This document shows positions 9,901 through 19,756 of a DNA stretch of 61,667 nt, one piece after another (the stretch's first letter is position 1; the number at the start of each line of letters is the position of its first letter). The stretch covers positions 1-61,667 of IMG/VR virus record IMGVR_UViG_3300005253_000118. The stretch is one strand, 5' to 3'. The stretch comes from a virus. Taxonomy: Duplodnaviria > Caudoviricetes. The notes beneath the pieces are model-generated. The model was given only the letters and a program-made list of their open reading frames with translations, was not told the DNA's origin and did no database searches. Both the position numbers and the translations under genes were made by a program.

Positions 9901-12797
9901 AAATGCTCAAGCTCATGGGTAATGGTATATCTGCCGGCTTTTCTGGTTAACCAAATCTGGTCTTGGCCGGCCTGTTTAAAATATACCCCTATCAGTTTAT
10001 CGGTCAGGTCTTTGCCTTTATGCTTTGCCCTAAGCTCTGCAGGAACATGGATTTTATCAGTACGGTAAATACTGAATTTCTTCCCTGTTGGCAGGGTTAT
10101 TTCATAAGCGTTACCTGGAACGGTCTCTTTGATCTTGGCCTTCTTCAGAATCGGGTGAGACTCTATTAATTCGCTGAAGACCGTTTTCTTGGTCGAGTCG
10201 GTGAAGTCTTGGAACTCGATTTTGTATTGGGGCTTGGTGGTTTTAGTAACAACCTCTTTAATTTTCAGAAGCGTTCCCGGTTTCAGCTTGTGGGATAGGA
10301 GCCAATTAGCAAAGTCGGCACGCTCTGGATACCTCGCTACGACCTCATGCTTCCTTGTTATATCATTCCACTTTGTTTCCGTGGCAATTTCTTGTACGCC
10401 CTTAAATAATTTCTCAATATCTTTGGGCTTAATATCCTCTGGTTTCTCGATTTTCTGGGCTTTAAGATAAGATTTAAAGTTGGTTTCCCTTCTCTTAGGA
10501 GATACGAACGGACCGCCATAGGGCTTAGAGGGTTTCTGGAGTGCCTTTGTTGGAAAGCCTGCCGCACGTTTCTTAAAATCAAGAAGCTCAGACCCGGCGA
10601 TTGTATATTCACCATCAGCGGGGACTTTAAAAGTAATCCGTGCCTTCGAGCCACCCAACGGATTAAAGCCCTTACCCGCCATACCAATTATCTCTTTGGC
10701 GCTTTTGCTCTCATCCATAAGCGCCTTACCCTCTTTCTCAATCGCCTTATCAATCTCAGCCAGGAGGTACGCTTTCTGCTCCTTGGGAACGAGAGCCGCT
10801 TCTTCCTTCTTGGTCAGGGCAACGGAGACCGTCTTAGCCTTCTTCCCCTTGATCTCAACCTGAGCCTCAAGAGCCTCCTTAGCGGTCGGTTTAGCCTTCC
10901 CAGGAACGCTTAGGGGCACCTTGAGAGGCTTTTCTTGCTTGAGTGTGGGTTTGCCCTTCGTAAGCTCGGAGGTGGGTATTAACCCTCTATCTCTGGGTAA
11001 TCCTTCGGGTGTTTCGGGTCGTATTTTAGGCGGGGTTCGTACAGTCTCAGCCGGCACCTCTGGGAGAGAGTACTTTCGGGTAACTTCCAAGAGACTGTCG
11101 TAATATTTTTCGAGCGCGAGTCCGTCTTTTGCGCTTTCGTATTTGTGGACTTCAAGTAAATCTCCAGTCTGATCTGCGATTGACGATTTTATATCTATTA
11201 AGGCCTGTTTCTTATCTTTAGCATTATTTAAAAATTTGTCAAGTCTTTTCGGTGTTATGGCCTTCTCTTCGATCGCATTAAAGAGCCAGTGGGGGGCTTC
11301 GCTTTCTGGTAGAGATAAAATGTCCTTATATTTTTCTCTAACCCGCCGTTCAATCGCAATGTCAGTTCTTACCCCTCCCTCAACCGGTTCTGTAACCCCT
11401 TCGGCTGGTTTTTCCAAAATTCTACCTGCTTCAATCTGGCCAACGCCTCTTCCCTCGTCTGGTACGGCCCGCCCAGCTTCTTCCCCGACTCGCTCACGAC
11501 GTACCACTTCCCGTTTCGCTTGCGTAACATCTTGCTTTTCCTTTTTCTTTCTCAGCTTCTCAATATCCTCGACCGTTGCCTGTCTGGACGTAACCTTTTC
11601 GGGTACAATCGTAGCCGCCTCAGCCTCAAGCTGTTCCGCTTGATCGGTTATTGTGCCACGGTCAAAACCACTGTCTATCACAGCTTTACCAGGATCCGGT
11701 TTAACCGGAGCCTTTCTGATTCCGCCGAAACCGCCAAGAGTGACACCGGCGAGCCCGCCGCCGGCAAGAGACTCCGCACGCCTGAGATTAAACTCCCTGT
11801 CGCCAAATGTATCGAGGTAATCAACCTTATCATCCGTTATCGCTTTGTTAATAATTGCGACTTCTTCTTGTGCAAGCTCCTGTCCGGCTTCCTCAACGCC
11901 TATTCTGGCCGCAGCCTTTGTCATGCGGGTTAGCAGCCTCGGATTTTTCGTAATGGCCTTAACGCCGGCTTTCCCAAAAACCCCCTTGATAAGCCGCATG
12001 TGGCCGCCAGCGGTTTCAATCGCACCGGCTACAAGTCCACCCGCTGCCGCTGTAAACGGATTCGCTTCATCAAACCCACGTCCCTCAACATCCTCAGCGA
12101 ACATACCGGAGGCCTCCATCGGCCCCATAGCGCCTATGACACCGGCTCTCATACCCCTTTTCCTAGCTTTAGCGGAGGCTGCCGACTTAACAAATTCCTT
12201 GACTGCTCTTTTTTTGGCTTCCTTGGTTAAGCCTTTTTGTAAGGCTAAACGGGCTGCAAAGCCTGCCGCTCCCCTTGCTGCTAACCCAGCCCCAGTAGCA
12301 GCCGTGAGCATCTGAGGACCGAACTTGCCGAGCGTGTAACCCGCCCAATTAAGAGCACCGCCCAAACTTGGATCATCAACCAACTCCTCAAACGTGGTGT
12401 CCTCTTCCTTCTGATACGCCGCTGACCTATCCAATAAGCGCTTACCGACACCGAAGGCTTTCTCGCCTGTCTCATCGGCACCTACGGCCTTTAGAGCCAT
12501 GCTGCCAACAATCGGTACGGTTGCAGCCAGATCGTAAAGACCGGACTTTGCCCCACGAACTATGACATTGGTGTCTTTATTGGCTTCCCGTATCTGGGCA
12601 AGCTCTCTCTCCCGCTTCCTTTCAACTTGTATCTCCCGGTCTTTCTCAGCGCCTATATTCTTGGCGAACGAGCTTATATCAACACCCGATTTAGCCAACC
12701 CAGGATTATCACGATACAGCTCTTCTATGAGATCTTCAGTGCCCCAATCATCGTATTCTGGATTTTCTAATCTGAAATTGTATAGACTAAAAGCCAT
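6921..12797 (-). CDS. Large internal virion/ejection (polyvalent-type) protein
   Basis: 1958 aa; Ala/Gly-rich membrane-like N-terminal region with E..QE motif; HELEH metallopeptidase-like motif; follows other ejection genes. Confidence 0.7.
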   Translation of the reverse strand: MAFSLYNFRLENPEYDDWGTEDLIEELYRDNPGLAKSGVDISSFAKNIGAEKDREIQVERKRERELAQIREANKDTNVIVRGAKSGLYDLAATVPIVGSMALKAVGADETGEKAFGVGKRLLDRSAAYQKEEDTTFEELVDDPSLGGALNWAGYTLGKFGPQMLTAATGAGLAARGAAGFAARLALQKGLTKEAKKRAVKEFVKSAASAKARKRGMRAGVIGAMGPMEASGMFAEDVEGRGFDEANPFTAAAGGLVAGAIETAGGHMRLIKGVFGKAGVKAITKNPRLLTRMTKAAARIGVEEAGQELAQEEVAIINKAITDDKVDYLDTFGDREFNLRRAESLAGGGLAGVTLGGFGGIRKAPVKPDPGKAVIDSGFDRGTITDQAEQLEAEAATIVPEKVTSRQATVEDIEKLRKKKEKQDVTQAKREVVRRERVGEEAGRAVPDEGRGVGQIEAGRILEKPAEGVTEPVEGGVRTDIAIERRVREKYKDILSLPESEAPHWLFNAIEEKAITPKRLDKFLNNAKDKKQALIDIKSSIADQTGDLLEVHKYESAKDGLALEKYYDSLLEVTRKYSLPEVPAETVRTPPKIRPETPEGLPRDRGLIPTSELTKGKPTLKQEKPLKVPLSVPGKAKPTAKEALEAQVEIKGKKAKTVSVALTKKEEAALVPKEQKAYLLAEIDKAIEKEGKALMDESKSAKEIIGMAGKGFNPLGGSKARITFKVPADGEYTIAGSELLDFKKRAAGFPTKALQKPSKPYGGPFVSPKRRETNFKSYLKAQKIEKPEDIKPKDIEKLFKGVQEIATETKWNDITRKHEVVARYPERADFANWLLSHKLKPGTLLKIKEVVTKTTKPQYKIEFQDFTDSTKKTVFSELIESHPILKKAKIKETVPGNAYEITLPTGKKFSIYRTDKIHVPAELRAKHKGKDLTDKLIGVYFKQAGQDQIWLTRKAGRYTITHELEHFFEANNLINTVDVAVLNKAILKQGKKPSSEARAEYIERAFLTRDVQNFGIKKILKKIADFLDAVVNVFGIRTARGIVKDIESGKIMGRQAVTQKGGLAPQYKVEDIGEEIQEPRKQSLIDKILPKKAEQDPAFANIKDWWLGKKHVELYRNAVQARRLQKRIIKALGKKRYDRAAKDIDSAIHIYLDLKRNPEHYDMYYQDLTEEDKMIADIAKKIDTMPEIKAIADDISAEYEKIGQKAYGQGLIHNMLDNYVSRAWKALKKEDRFAAEAMRKFGVKTRHRKHRVFETILEGMALKNKAGEHLFQLQVHGATTNLQTYKDEIARTMEDAAMQKVALETEWKDTGEMMLTDKSHLAGYVKLEHPNMTKVHRFLTTKGGFTRDSYTDEEGKVHKLGRNAWIEKTYALVSPGRKNAHKAGFESPEEAQAWLKNKIVEVQRTIEGTVPKAEKRLAALHARLLSLKKAKTQERGIGWERVPLYAPAEVAKSLNRILGQSRLKGLKGIDTATKYNALIKAWILQTSFFHHLAFMRSYILGTTGKTLKEWNINQARKEGLQAIEDLNPTITLLVRNGLTLFKVQDWEESILRNEDTIFGKIMDKTKASKAVKDKVNELRERQADFLFGNFGAGLKAQAALIEYRNALKRHPEMGEAERAKMVSNLINDDFGGLNLERMERDPTRQHIFRLLALAPDWTESNVRTMVKMVGRGGKEERALYRRFWASVLTKGITATILANMLMAVGDDEDNIERFRKAWKAGNFKWLGVDITPIYKLMGGKTEARKYFSLFGHFQDPMKFITHPVRSAHHKGSVLYRTFHEAMAGTDWRGHGFTTLPEMLGVDDKGLYLTGRRRGQPKGGKLGGKVTAFGGKTGPIAPRQYLSYALTQMRGMQPVQVQNLLGWMQGEIEGFDAIGRSLGLHTKSTYPSKRRTIDEFVDEFIVGFGKSGLMLKLRIKIRDYNKRQREAGRLDDIISFSTISRKARSKLQAERLSRRFKRAA

Positions 12798-13868
12798 TTA
12801 TTGCTGTGCTCCGTAGATACCTATTCCCTGTCCCCATGCAGTTTGTTTCTTCTGCATTCGTTTATACCAATCCGGCATTCCTTGAAACTCCAAATCACCA
12901 CCTTCGAATAACTGTTGTCCGGAGAATTTTCCATAAGGTTTTTCACCATAGCCCCTACCGAATCCGAACTCATCACCCATACCTTCAGCACCTGCGGCTG
13001 CAGTCTGAGCCGCTCCCATTGACCGTTTTTGAATAGTCTCCGCTACCATCTGCTCAACTTTATCCAATGCCGTTTTTTTGCTTTGGTCTTCAATATCCGC
13101 TTGAGTCAGGACGGTGCCCCTGGCTTTTTTAGGTCCGGGCTTTCCGGTACGAACTATATCAAAAGCAGACCCGTCGAAGGACTGAACAATGGTATATCCT
13201 TTCTTTTTGAGCGACTCCTTTTCCTTTTTGGTAACCTCCCCAACAAGGTAATATCCACCCTTTTCATCTGCCATTGCTTCAATTCTGCCACCTGACTCTT
13301 CAACGAACTTCAATTTATCCATATCTGTTTGTTGCTGCTTTAAGGATTCATTATATTCCAACTCATTCTTTCTGTCGGCAAAGGAGCGTGGCGTCGGTGC
13401 CTTGGCCTCCTTCGGAGGGCCATGCTTCAACTCCACCGCTTGTTCGAAACCCACCTGCTGCCTAACCACCTCGTCCTTACGGCTAAGCTCATCCACAACA
13501 TCGGTGTATATCTGTTCCGTGTCAACCGGTTTTCCCTCGGCCTGAAGTGCCTGCGCCCTTCTCATAGTTTCCTCTTCAGCGGATTTTCCATAAGGCGACT
13601 CGTCCCCCATTCCTATAGCCACGCCTGCGGGAGCCTGAAGAGGAGTCTCCGGCATATAAAAAGCTCCCCCCTCTTGACCCGGAATATTGGTGAAGCTCCG
13701 TTGTCCTTTAGGCGTTGCCTTGATATATTCCTTGAGAGTCTTATCCTCCTCCCACTTGTACCGCTGAGATCTCTGCTTTTTCTTCTCCTCTTTGGCTTCC
13801 AGCTCTGCCATGATATCCATCATCTCGGGATCTTCATATATCCAATCATCTTCTCTGTTCCGTGCCAT
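12798..13868 (-). CDS. Putative ejection protein
   Basis: Charged helical protein between the tail gene and the large ejection gene. Confidence 0.5.
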   Translation of the reverse strand: MARNREDDWIYEDPEMMDIMAELEAKEEKKKQRSQRYKWEEDKTLKEYIKATPKGQRSFTNIPGQEGGAFYMPETPLQAPAGVAIGMGDESPYGKSAEEETMRRAQALQAEGKPVDTEQIYTDVVDELSRKDEVVRQQVGFEQAVELKHGPPKEAKAPTPRSFADRKNELEYNESLKQQQTDMDKLKFVEESGGRIEAMADEKGGYYLVGEVTKKEKESLKKKGYTIVQSFDGSAFDIVRTGKPGPKKARGTVLTQADIEDQSKKTALDKVEQMVAETIQKRSMGAAQTAAAGAEGMGDEFGFGRGYGEKPYGKFSGQQLFEGGDLEFQGMPDWYKRMQKKQTAWGQGIGIYGAQQ

Positions 13869-13885
13869 TTTAATGTTCCTTTATG

Positions 13886-14575
13886 TTATCTCAGCAAGTC
13901 CTGCATCCCTTTGAGCCTGGACATTCTTTCAGCCTGTTGTGCCTTGAATGTGGCCATAGCGCCGGTTAGCCTACCCTGATAGCCGGTCAAGTGACGCTGC
14001 AATGCGCCCTGATAGCCGGCCATTTGTCTTTGTTGAGCACCCTGATACATGGCTCCAGCTCTCTGCCCAGCACCCTGAAAAGCCAGCCCTGCCGCCTGTT
14101 GTCGGCCTGCAAACTCTGGGGCATATTGAGAGGCCGCAGCACTACCAGCAGCACCAGAGGCACTTTCAATGGCTGAGCCTGTACCGGAAAGAAGCCTTCC
14201 CTGCATAAGAGCGTTCGCATACGGATTATCCGACACCCTATTCGCCACCATAGACTCTCGGAGATTCTGTCTAACACCACGCATTAACGGGTTCATTGCT
14301 TTCTGCCGGAGTTCTGACAGCCTGCCCTCGTCTACTTGAAAAGCAGACTTGTCAAGCTGAGGAGCGTCATACTCTGGATCCGGCCCCATCTGTGGAGCCT
14401 CACCCATTTCCGGCATTTCAAACTTTCCAAACCCCCCAGACGTTCCACCCAACAAATGTCTCATCTGGTAGCTAAAAAGCTCCCTATCAAATACAAGTTC
14501 GCTAAGACGCGCTCCGGTCGTTTTGTCTCTATACCAGCGCCTTTTATATCCTGGTGGTATTCTTTCAGTTGCCAT
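13886..14575 (-). CDS. Putative ejection (pilot) protein
   Basis: Q/A/G-rich with 11-aa repeats (AxYQGAxQRxx). Confidence 0.55.
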   Translation of the reverse strand: MATERIPPGYKRRWYRDKTTGARLSELVFDRELFSYQMRHLLGGTSGGFGKFEMPEMGEAPQMGPDPEYDAPQLDKSAFQVDEGRLSELRQKAMNPLMRGVRQNLRESMVANRVSDNPYANALMQGRLLSGTGSAIESASGAAGSAAASQYAPEFAGRQQAAGLAFQGAGQRAGAMYQGAQQRQMAGYQGALQRHLTGYQGRLTGAMATFKAQQAERMSRLKGMQDLLR

Positions 14576-14859
14576 TATCTTCGTCTCCTTCCATATCCTC
14601 TTCTTCTACCAACAAGGGGGCCAGATCCAAACAGTCGGCCAGGCGCGTAAGGCCCAAGTCCACGTTTTTTCTGATATGCGATAGACAGTTTCGCTCTATA
14701 TGCTCGGCCCTTCATTCTTAAAAGCTCTCCCATATTAGCATCTGCAAAAGTCGGTGCCCCGTAATAAGCATCCATCATTTCCCTTTCGGCTGAGGTTCTT
14801 TGTCTCCCCTGCCATAACGGGGCGTTTGCCGCTGTTACTCGTCTTCTCCCGTAAGCCAT
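14575..14859 (-). CDS. Small Arg-rich protein
   Basis: YGRRR motifs at both ends; translationally coupled. Confidence 0.5.
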   Translation of the reverse strand: MAYGRRRVTAANAPLWQGRQRTSAEREMMDAYYGAPTFADANMGELLRMKGRAYRAKLSIAYQKKRGLGPYAPGRLFGSGPLVGRRRGYGRRRR

Positions 14860-14863
14860 TTTC

Positions 14864-15046
14864 CTATCTCCTTCTTCCGTATCGTTTAGTTCCGAAACCC
14901 CTGACTCCAGTTGTCCTTCCGCGCGGGCCTCGCTGAAATGTTCCTTGTTTTAATATTCTTAAGCCCAATTTACCCCACGATTTAGCCGATAAATCACCGA
15001 CAGGGTATGGTATCCGCTTGCGTCCTATGAGTTTTATCTGTGGCAT
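14864..15046 (-). CDS. Small Arg-rich protein
   Basis: Ends RYGRRR like its neighbour; RBS GGAGG. Confidence 0.5.
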   Translation of the reverse strand: MPQIKLIGRKRIPYPVGDLSAKSWGKLGLRILKQGTFQRGPRGRTTGVRGFGTKRYGRRR

Positions 15047-15059
15047 TTTATCCTGCCTC

Positions 15060-15953
15060 CTACGGATACATTGTGATAATTAGTTTTGAGTTCGGGAGCA
15101 ATTCGTCCGATTCGTTGATACTTCCCGGGGCGGCATTCAAAAAATCATGCGCGTAATTCCGGAAACAGAATTTTGCGGTACTACCGATAACGGAAGTAAG
15201 GTATTGTATCCCCGCGGAATTCAACTCAAACAGGTAACTCCCGGCTGTATTTTTAGCGAAAGAACCCCCTCTAAAATTATTATAATCTGCATTTACCACA
15301 GGGTCATTCTGCGTTCCCTCCTGAATGGAATACACTGCGTTTAAATTAACGGAACTTTCAATCCGTGCCTCAGCGATCGCTCCAACAGCACCAGATAAAT
15401 CAAAAGTGCAAAATCCACGTCCTATATTCCACCAGAAACCGTTATAGAATATCCAAGCGGTGCAGTCGGCCCCCCCTATCGGGATATTGCCAGCTGCAGC
15501 GTTGAGGACGGTTGCCCAAGGCTGATAAGGCCAATCAACTGAACCGTCATACACAGGCGAATTGCCGAGAATGATCGGAATTTCATAGATAGTTCCTATC
15601 TCCTCTTCGACTTCTTCCTCTTCCGCATCCAACTCCACGTGTGGAAGAACAACGTCCCAATCCCAATCAAAGTCAGGAAAGTCTAAGCTAAACACAAAAT
15701 CCCAAGGGTACATATCCCAACTCCAGTCCCAATCTAGGATGGGAAACATATACTCTGCCTTACCGTAATCATCGCTCTGATAGGTCTTGACATACTCGGA
15801 TTCAGCCATTACCCCTTTATTCTGAATTGCCGCTGTCGTAACCGCTCTCATTTGTTCCGCGTAAGACTTATCATCATCGATATACATCTGTTGCCCGTAC
15901 TCGGTTCCCTGAGTCATGGGTTGATAAATGTTTATATTTGTGCGATTAGCCAT
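15060..15953 (-). CDS. Putative virion protein with W/D-rich tract
   Basis: DWDWSWDMYPWDF...DFDWDWD segment followed by a beta-rich C-terminal domain. Confidence 0.55.
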   Translation of the reverse strand: MANRTNINIYQPMTQGTEYGQQMYIDDDKSYAEQMRAVTTAAIQNKGVMAESEYVKTYQSDDYGKAEYMFPILDWDWSWDMYPWDFVFSLDFPDFDWDWDVVLPHVELDAEEEEVEEEIGTIYEIPIILGNSPVYDGSVDWPYQPWATVLNAAAGNIPIGGADCTAWIFYNGFWWNIGRGFCTFDLSGAVGAIAEARIESSVNLNAVYSIQEGTQNDPVVNADYNNFRGGSFAKNTAGSYLFELNSAGIQYLTSVIGSTAKFCFRNYAHDFLNAAPGSINESDELLPNSKLIITMYP

Positions 15954-18421
15954 TATCTTCCCGGCACAACTGCAAATTTACACGACAGGTCTAATAAATA
16001 TAGCGACTGGCTCAACACGTTATTCTGAAACTTCAGGCTGATATGATCGCCCTGGAGGTCTGCGTCAAGCCGTTCCCTTCTATGTTCCTCGCCATCATTT
16101 CTAACCACCATAGAGACAATATCCTCCGATTTCTCAATGCCGTTCTCATATGCTGTTACCAGCGCATCCCCTTCGGCTTGTCCTTTCACTCGAAGTACGA
16201 ATTCATCCAACTGAAGAACCAGGGCTTCGTAATCTATTTCCATCTGAGCATAAGCGTCTATTGCCGTATCCACATCATTAATGGTCGTGTTCAGCCTGTA
16301 AACTGTTCCGTCATTAACACCGCCGGCCACCTGTAGAATGGGTATGTCACCACTTGCGGCCTCAACCTCTCCACCACAGGAGAGAGGATGTCCCAGCTCG
16401 TCGAAACTCCATGTTCCGGTGGTTAAATTATAAACTGGGAACGTATTCGGAACCGTAGCACTTGAACCGGTTACTAAGCCTAGTCTCAGCACGTTGTCTG
16501 AAGTATCGTGCCACATCCACATTTCATCTTCATATCCGCGCCTGATACAATTGGTCGTGTCTCTCGGATCAAAGTAATTCTGAATCTCGTCACTAATACT
16601 GACAACCGATGTCCCGTCACTTTTAAAAACGCCGTAATGCGAAAGTGTAAAGCCGTGGGGTTTTGCCTTTTGTCCGGTTGCCGTCGCTGTCATAACACCA
16701 TCCACCACCAGGGCAGTTTTGGCGTTAAGCGTACCGATTTTGTCATGGAGAAGTGATTTACCGATGGTTCTGGGGCTTTTACCTTGGAACATCGTCCAGC
16801 ACCCACCGGCAGTGCCCCGTTCCTCTTGCCAAACCATGATTTCATTATGAAAGTTCTTAATTGCCCGGATAGGATTATTTCTGCCATCTCCCGCTACCCA
16901 AAAGGAAAAGTCCAACCCGTTCAGAACCATCGGTCTGCCAAGAGCCGAGATATACAGGTAATGAGGAGCTTGGGTGAAAGTGTAAACTGCCCTGTTCTTC
17001 CAGGCCGCGTTACATTGACCCTTCCTGCCCATATCATTAATATCGTATGTCGGCATGTACGATAGGCCGATAATCACATCATCATTAAGTGTCTTATCAA
17101 CTGTGAAGTAATACCAATACATCGAGTATTTCTGTTCATTGAACTGAGTTGGGTGAACAGGTGTCGGTTTTGTGAACGTAACCCACCCGGAGCTTGAAAG
17201 ACCGTTGCTCCCATCGTTTAAATTACTTACCGCATTCCAGGCGCCACCATCCCATGAATACGCATTATTAATAGTCGTCGACCCGGTTGTGTTGGGTTTT
17301 TCCCCCACATCCACATAAAACCCCACTATCGGAACCGCACACGCAAAATAAATCTTATCACTCGCAGTGGCCAAATCCAGCTCAATAGTCGAAGCCGCGA
17401 AGGTAAGAAATGTGCTGGCTGAATCATCGTTGAACTGGGCTTCGATAATATCAAGTGGCGTTCCATCCCATACGTTCTGAACACTCTGCCAATCGGTTTC
17501 AAAGGTTACGGCAGATACCTCGACCTCGGCGTCTAAGTCGCCAGAGGACAGGGATATTCGATACCAGAACATACACTCCCCAAACTGATAATGCGGTACA
17601 CTATCAGTCGGCAACGTGAACGTCATGGTCCCGGCTTGTGCGAGAGTAGCAGGGGTACCGTTTGCCGTGTTATCCGTAAAGCCGCTAACCGCTGTCCACG
17701 ACCCGTTCCAATAATGAATCTGAGCAACAGAGGCAGTTGCGTTCGGCTTGCTTGTACCAAATGCCCAAGTGAAGGTATCGCAGGGGACAGGGACACCTAT
17801 ATAAATAGCGTCATAATCAACCGCCAGGTCTCCCAACGAGTCTAAAATCGCAACTGTTGTGGCGTTACCGTCCGATACCTCAATACTGTAATCTTCGCCC
17901 TTGTCCGGTATATTCGGTATGGCAACACTGTCTTTGACAACCACAAACTTATCGACCACCCTTGCGTTGCCGGTAAATATCTGGTGTTGATCGCTCCCAT
18001 TGGAGAATAGAAGAATATCGTCTATTACACCCCACGACGCGGGTATATCGCCAGCAGAGCCGGAGAATACCTCACCTCCAAAAACCCCAGTTGTTACCGT
18101 AGGTGGCGCATTGGTGGCTTCCAGCACATCCGAATCACTCATTTGAGCATAGAAATGACGCTCGGTTTTACCACCCTTGGAATATTGAAACAGGGACAAG
18201 GTCTTATTTTGCCCAGCACCACCATCGGCTGTGGTATGGAGCTTCACCATGCCGCCACGCTGTTCAAAGCCCTCTCTCCCCCTTTGTCTCATGTTCTGGA
18301 TCATGGAGAAGCCGCCCATCGGGAGGTTAGCCTTCTTCTCCCGGGTATTCACCCCGCCGGCAAACTTTAAGGGTATGAACGGGCTGTTAAATGATTGTAT
18401 AGGTTTTTTAAATGATCCCAT
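15953..18421 (-). CDS. Tail nozzle/packaged-DNA stabilisation protein (P22 gp10/T7 gp12-like)
   Basis: F.GG.N N-terminal motif, beta-propeller-like composition, 822 aa, podovirus gene order. Confidence 0.65.
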   Translation of the reverse strand: MGSFKKPIQSFNSPFIPLKFAGGVNTREKKANLPMGGFSMIQNMRQRGREGFEQRGGMVKLHTTADGGAGQNKTLSLFQYSKGGKTERHFYAQMSDSDVLEATNAPPTVTTGVFGGEVFSGSAGDIPASWGVIDDILLFSNGSDQHQIFTGNARVVDKFVVVKDSVAIPNIPDKGEDYSIEVSDGNATTVAILDSLGDLAVDYDAIYIGVPVPCDTFTWAFGTSKPNATASVAQIHYWNGSWTAVSGFTDNTANGTPATLAQAGTMTFTLPTDSVPHYQFGECMFWYRISLSSGDLDAEVEVSAVTFETDWQSVQNVWDGTPLDIIEAQFNDDSASTFLTFAASTIELDLATASDKIYFACAVPIVGFYVDVGEKPNTTGSTTINNAYSWDGGAWNAVSNLNDGSNGLSSSGWVTFTKPTPVHPTQFNEQKYSMYWYYFTVDKTLNDDVIIGLSYMPTYDINDMGRKGQCNAAWKNRAVYTFTQAPHYLYISALGRPMVLNGLDFSFWVAGDGRNNPIRAIKNFHNEIMVWQEERGTAGGCWTMFQGKSPRTIGKSLLHDKIGTLNAKTALVVDGVMTATATGQKAKPHGFTLSHYGVFKSDGTSVVSISDEIQNYFDPRDTTNCIRRGYEDEMWMWHDTSDNVLRLGLVTGSSATVPNTFPVYNLTTGTWSFDELGHPLSCGGEVEAASGDIPILQVAGGVNDGTVYRLNTTINDVDTAIDAYAQMEIDYEALVLQLDEFVLRVKGQAEGDALVTAYENGIEKSEDIVSMVVRNDGEEHRRERLDADLQGDHISLKFQNNVLSQSLYLLDLSCKFAVVPGR

Positions 18422-18427
18422 ATCGAA

Positions 18428-18805
18428 TTATGTTGGGTCTGCTATCTCAACGTCCCAGGCAGCAACATTTACCTTTCCACCGCCGGTTAATCCTGTCGCA
18501 GTGGTGGTTGTAACGTAAAGAAGCACCGAACCTGCCACTTTCACCAACGCCACATGAGCTGCCGTGCCGGTGCTGTCGATCGAGACAGAACTTTGAGCGT
18601 TCATCTGAATTTTTCTGCCACTGGAGTCGCCATCGGCCGGTGAGCCGAAATCTGCCGAGTTGATAACCACGGACGCCAGCTTATAACTCGCTGTTGCTTG
18701 AGCGTAGGTTGTCGGCTGCGAGTTACACACACAAAGCTTGGTGGCGTTGCTCTTGATGTAATCAAGAGCTGCGTCTAATATAGCGTCTATTACTAATTTA
18801 GCCAT
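18428..18805 (-). CDS. Small virion/tail protein
   Basis: D..LDAAL.YI...QPTTYA.A...ADGD.SGRK...GTA.HVAL conserved phage family pattern. Confidence 0.6.
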   Translation of the reverse strand: MAKLVIDAILDAALDYIKSNATKLCVCNSQPTTYAQATASYKLASVVINSADFGSPADGDSSGRKIQMNAQSSVSIDSTGTAAHVALVKVAGSVLLYVTTTTATGLTGGGKVNVAAWDVEIADPT

Positions 18806-19547
18806 TGTGGTATGTCCTTAAATCTGGAAATAATTTGTTTCCCCCCGTATAGTTTAAGTATGTTTCATCGCCCATCTGATATGCCGTGTGAATCCAGAAC
18901 TTGTGCAAGTGAGCTATCAGGTGCCTAGCCTGTGAGTAATCAACCACGTTATTTACAAATGAATCCCTCAATATCCATTCCTCTTCCTCTTGTTCCGGAG
19001 TGATCTCCCAATCCTTGCTATCCCCCAATTCCTGCTCGTATTCCGTACAAGCTCTTTTGAGAATGACAGGCATGTCGGGAAGAAGGCCCTTAACCTCCTC
19101 ATACCTTTTCTGCCCCTCATCAAGTCTATTACAATAGAAATAACCCCCGTATTTCTTGCTACTGTTTTCCCTGGAAACCTCGGCCCCACACTTGCTTGGG
19201 TAATTCAGCTTCCTTTGAACGTGGTATAGCTGAAATAGTTCATCTAAAGTTCTTGGTTCACACACCACCTTCCAGCATTTCTGGCACTCGCTGTGGATCC
19301 GCTTCCAGTGAGTAAAGTAAATCTTGTGATACAGAAAACAGTCTTTCCCCATGTGCTGAATGAAAGCCCACGGTGGATGCCAAATAGGTTTTCGTACATG
19401 GTCAATCTTGCCATCTTCCCTGAGAAACAGCGTTCCGTTCTCAAACAACGGCTGGAGTTTAGAAACAATATCCCACTTACTGACTTCTAAATAATAGGGC
19501 AGAGCGTACTTCCCTAAATCTTCGAGTTTAATGTCTTCGAGTTTCAT
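18798..19547 (-). CDS. Cys-motif domain of unknown function, paralogue 1
   Basis: CQKCWKVV.EPRTL, SKCG.E, YGGYFY, VILKRACTE shared with 23081 and 29470. Confidence 0.75.
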   Translation of the reverse strand: MKLEDIKLEDLGKYALPYYLEVSKWDIVSKLQPLFENGTLFLREDGKIDHVRKPIWHPPWAFIQHMGKDCFLYHKIYFTHWKRIHSECQKCWKVVCEPRTLDELFQLYHVQRKLNYPSKCGAEVSRENSSKKYGGYFYCNRLDEGQKRYEEVKGLLPDMPVILKRACTEYEQELGDSKDWEITPEQEEEEWILRDSFVNNVVDYSQARHLIAHLHKFWIHTAYQMGDETYLNYTGGNKLFPDLRTYHNG

Positions 19548-19747
19548 TCTTCAGCCTGCCTATGTTTACAATGAAAATCATCGCACCCCCCTTCAGGATC
19601 TTCCCTCCTTTGGTGATATTCGCAAAATCCCTTATCGACATATACTGAACCATACCTCCCGCCCCGATCTTCACCATTAAACTGATAATAACGGCAGAAA
19701 TCGCAAACAGCCGGCGACCTTGCGTCACATTTAGGACAAAGTTTCAA
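19544..19747 (-). CDS. Small Cys-rich (metal-binding) protein
   Basis: CPKC, CDFC, C..H and C...HC in 67 aa. Confidence 0.55.
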   Translation of the reverse strand: MKLCPKCDARSPAVCDFCRYYQFNGEDRGGRYGSVYVDKGFCEYHQRREDPEGGCDDFHCKHRQAEE

Positions 19748-19756
19748 AATCCCTCC

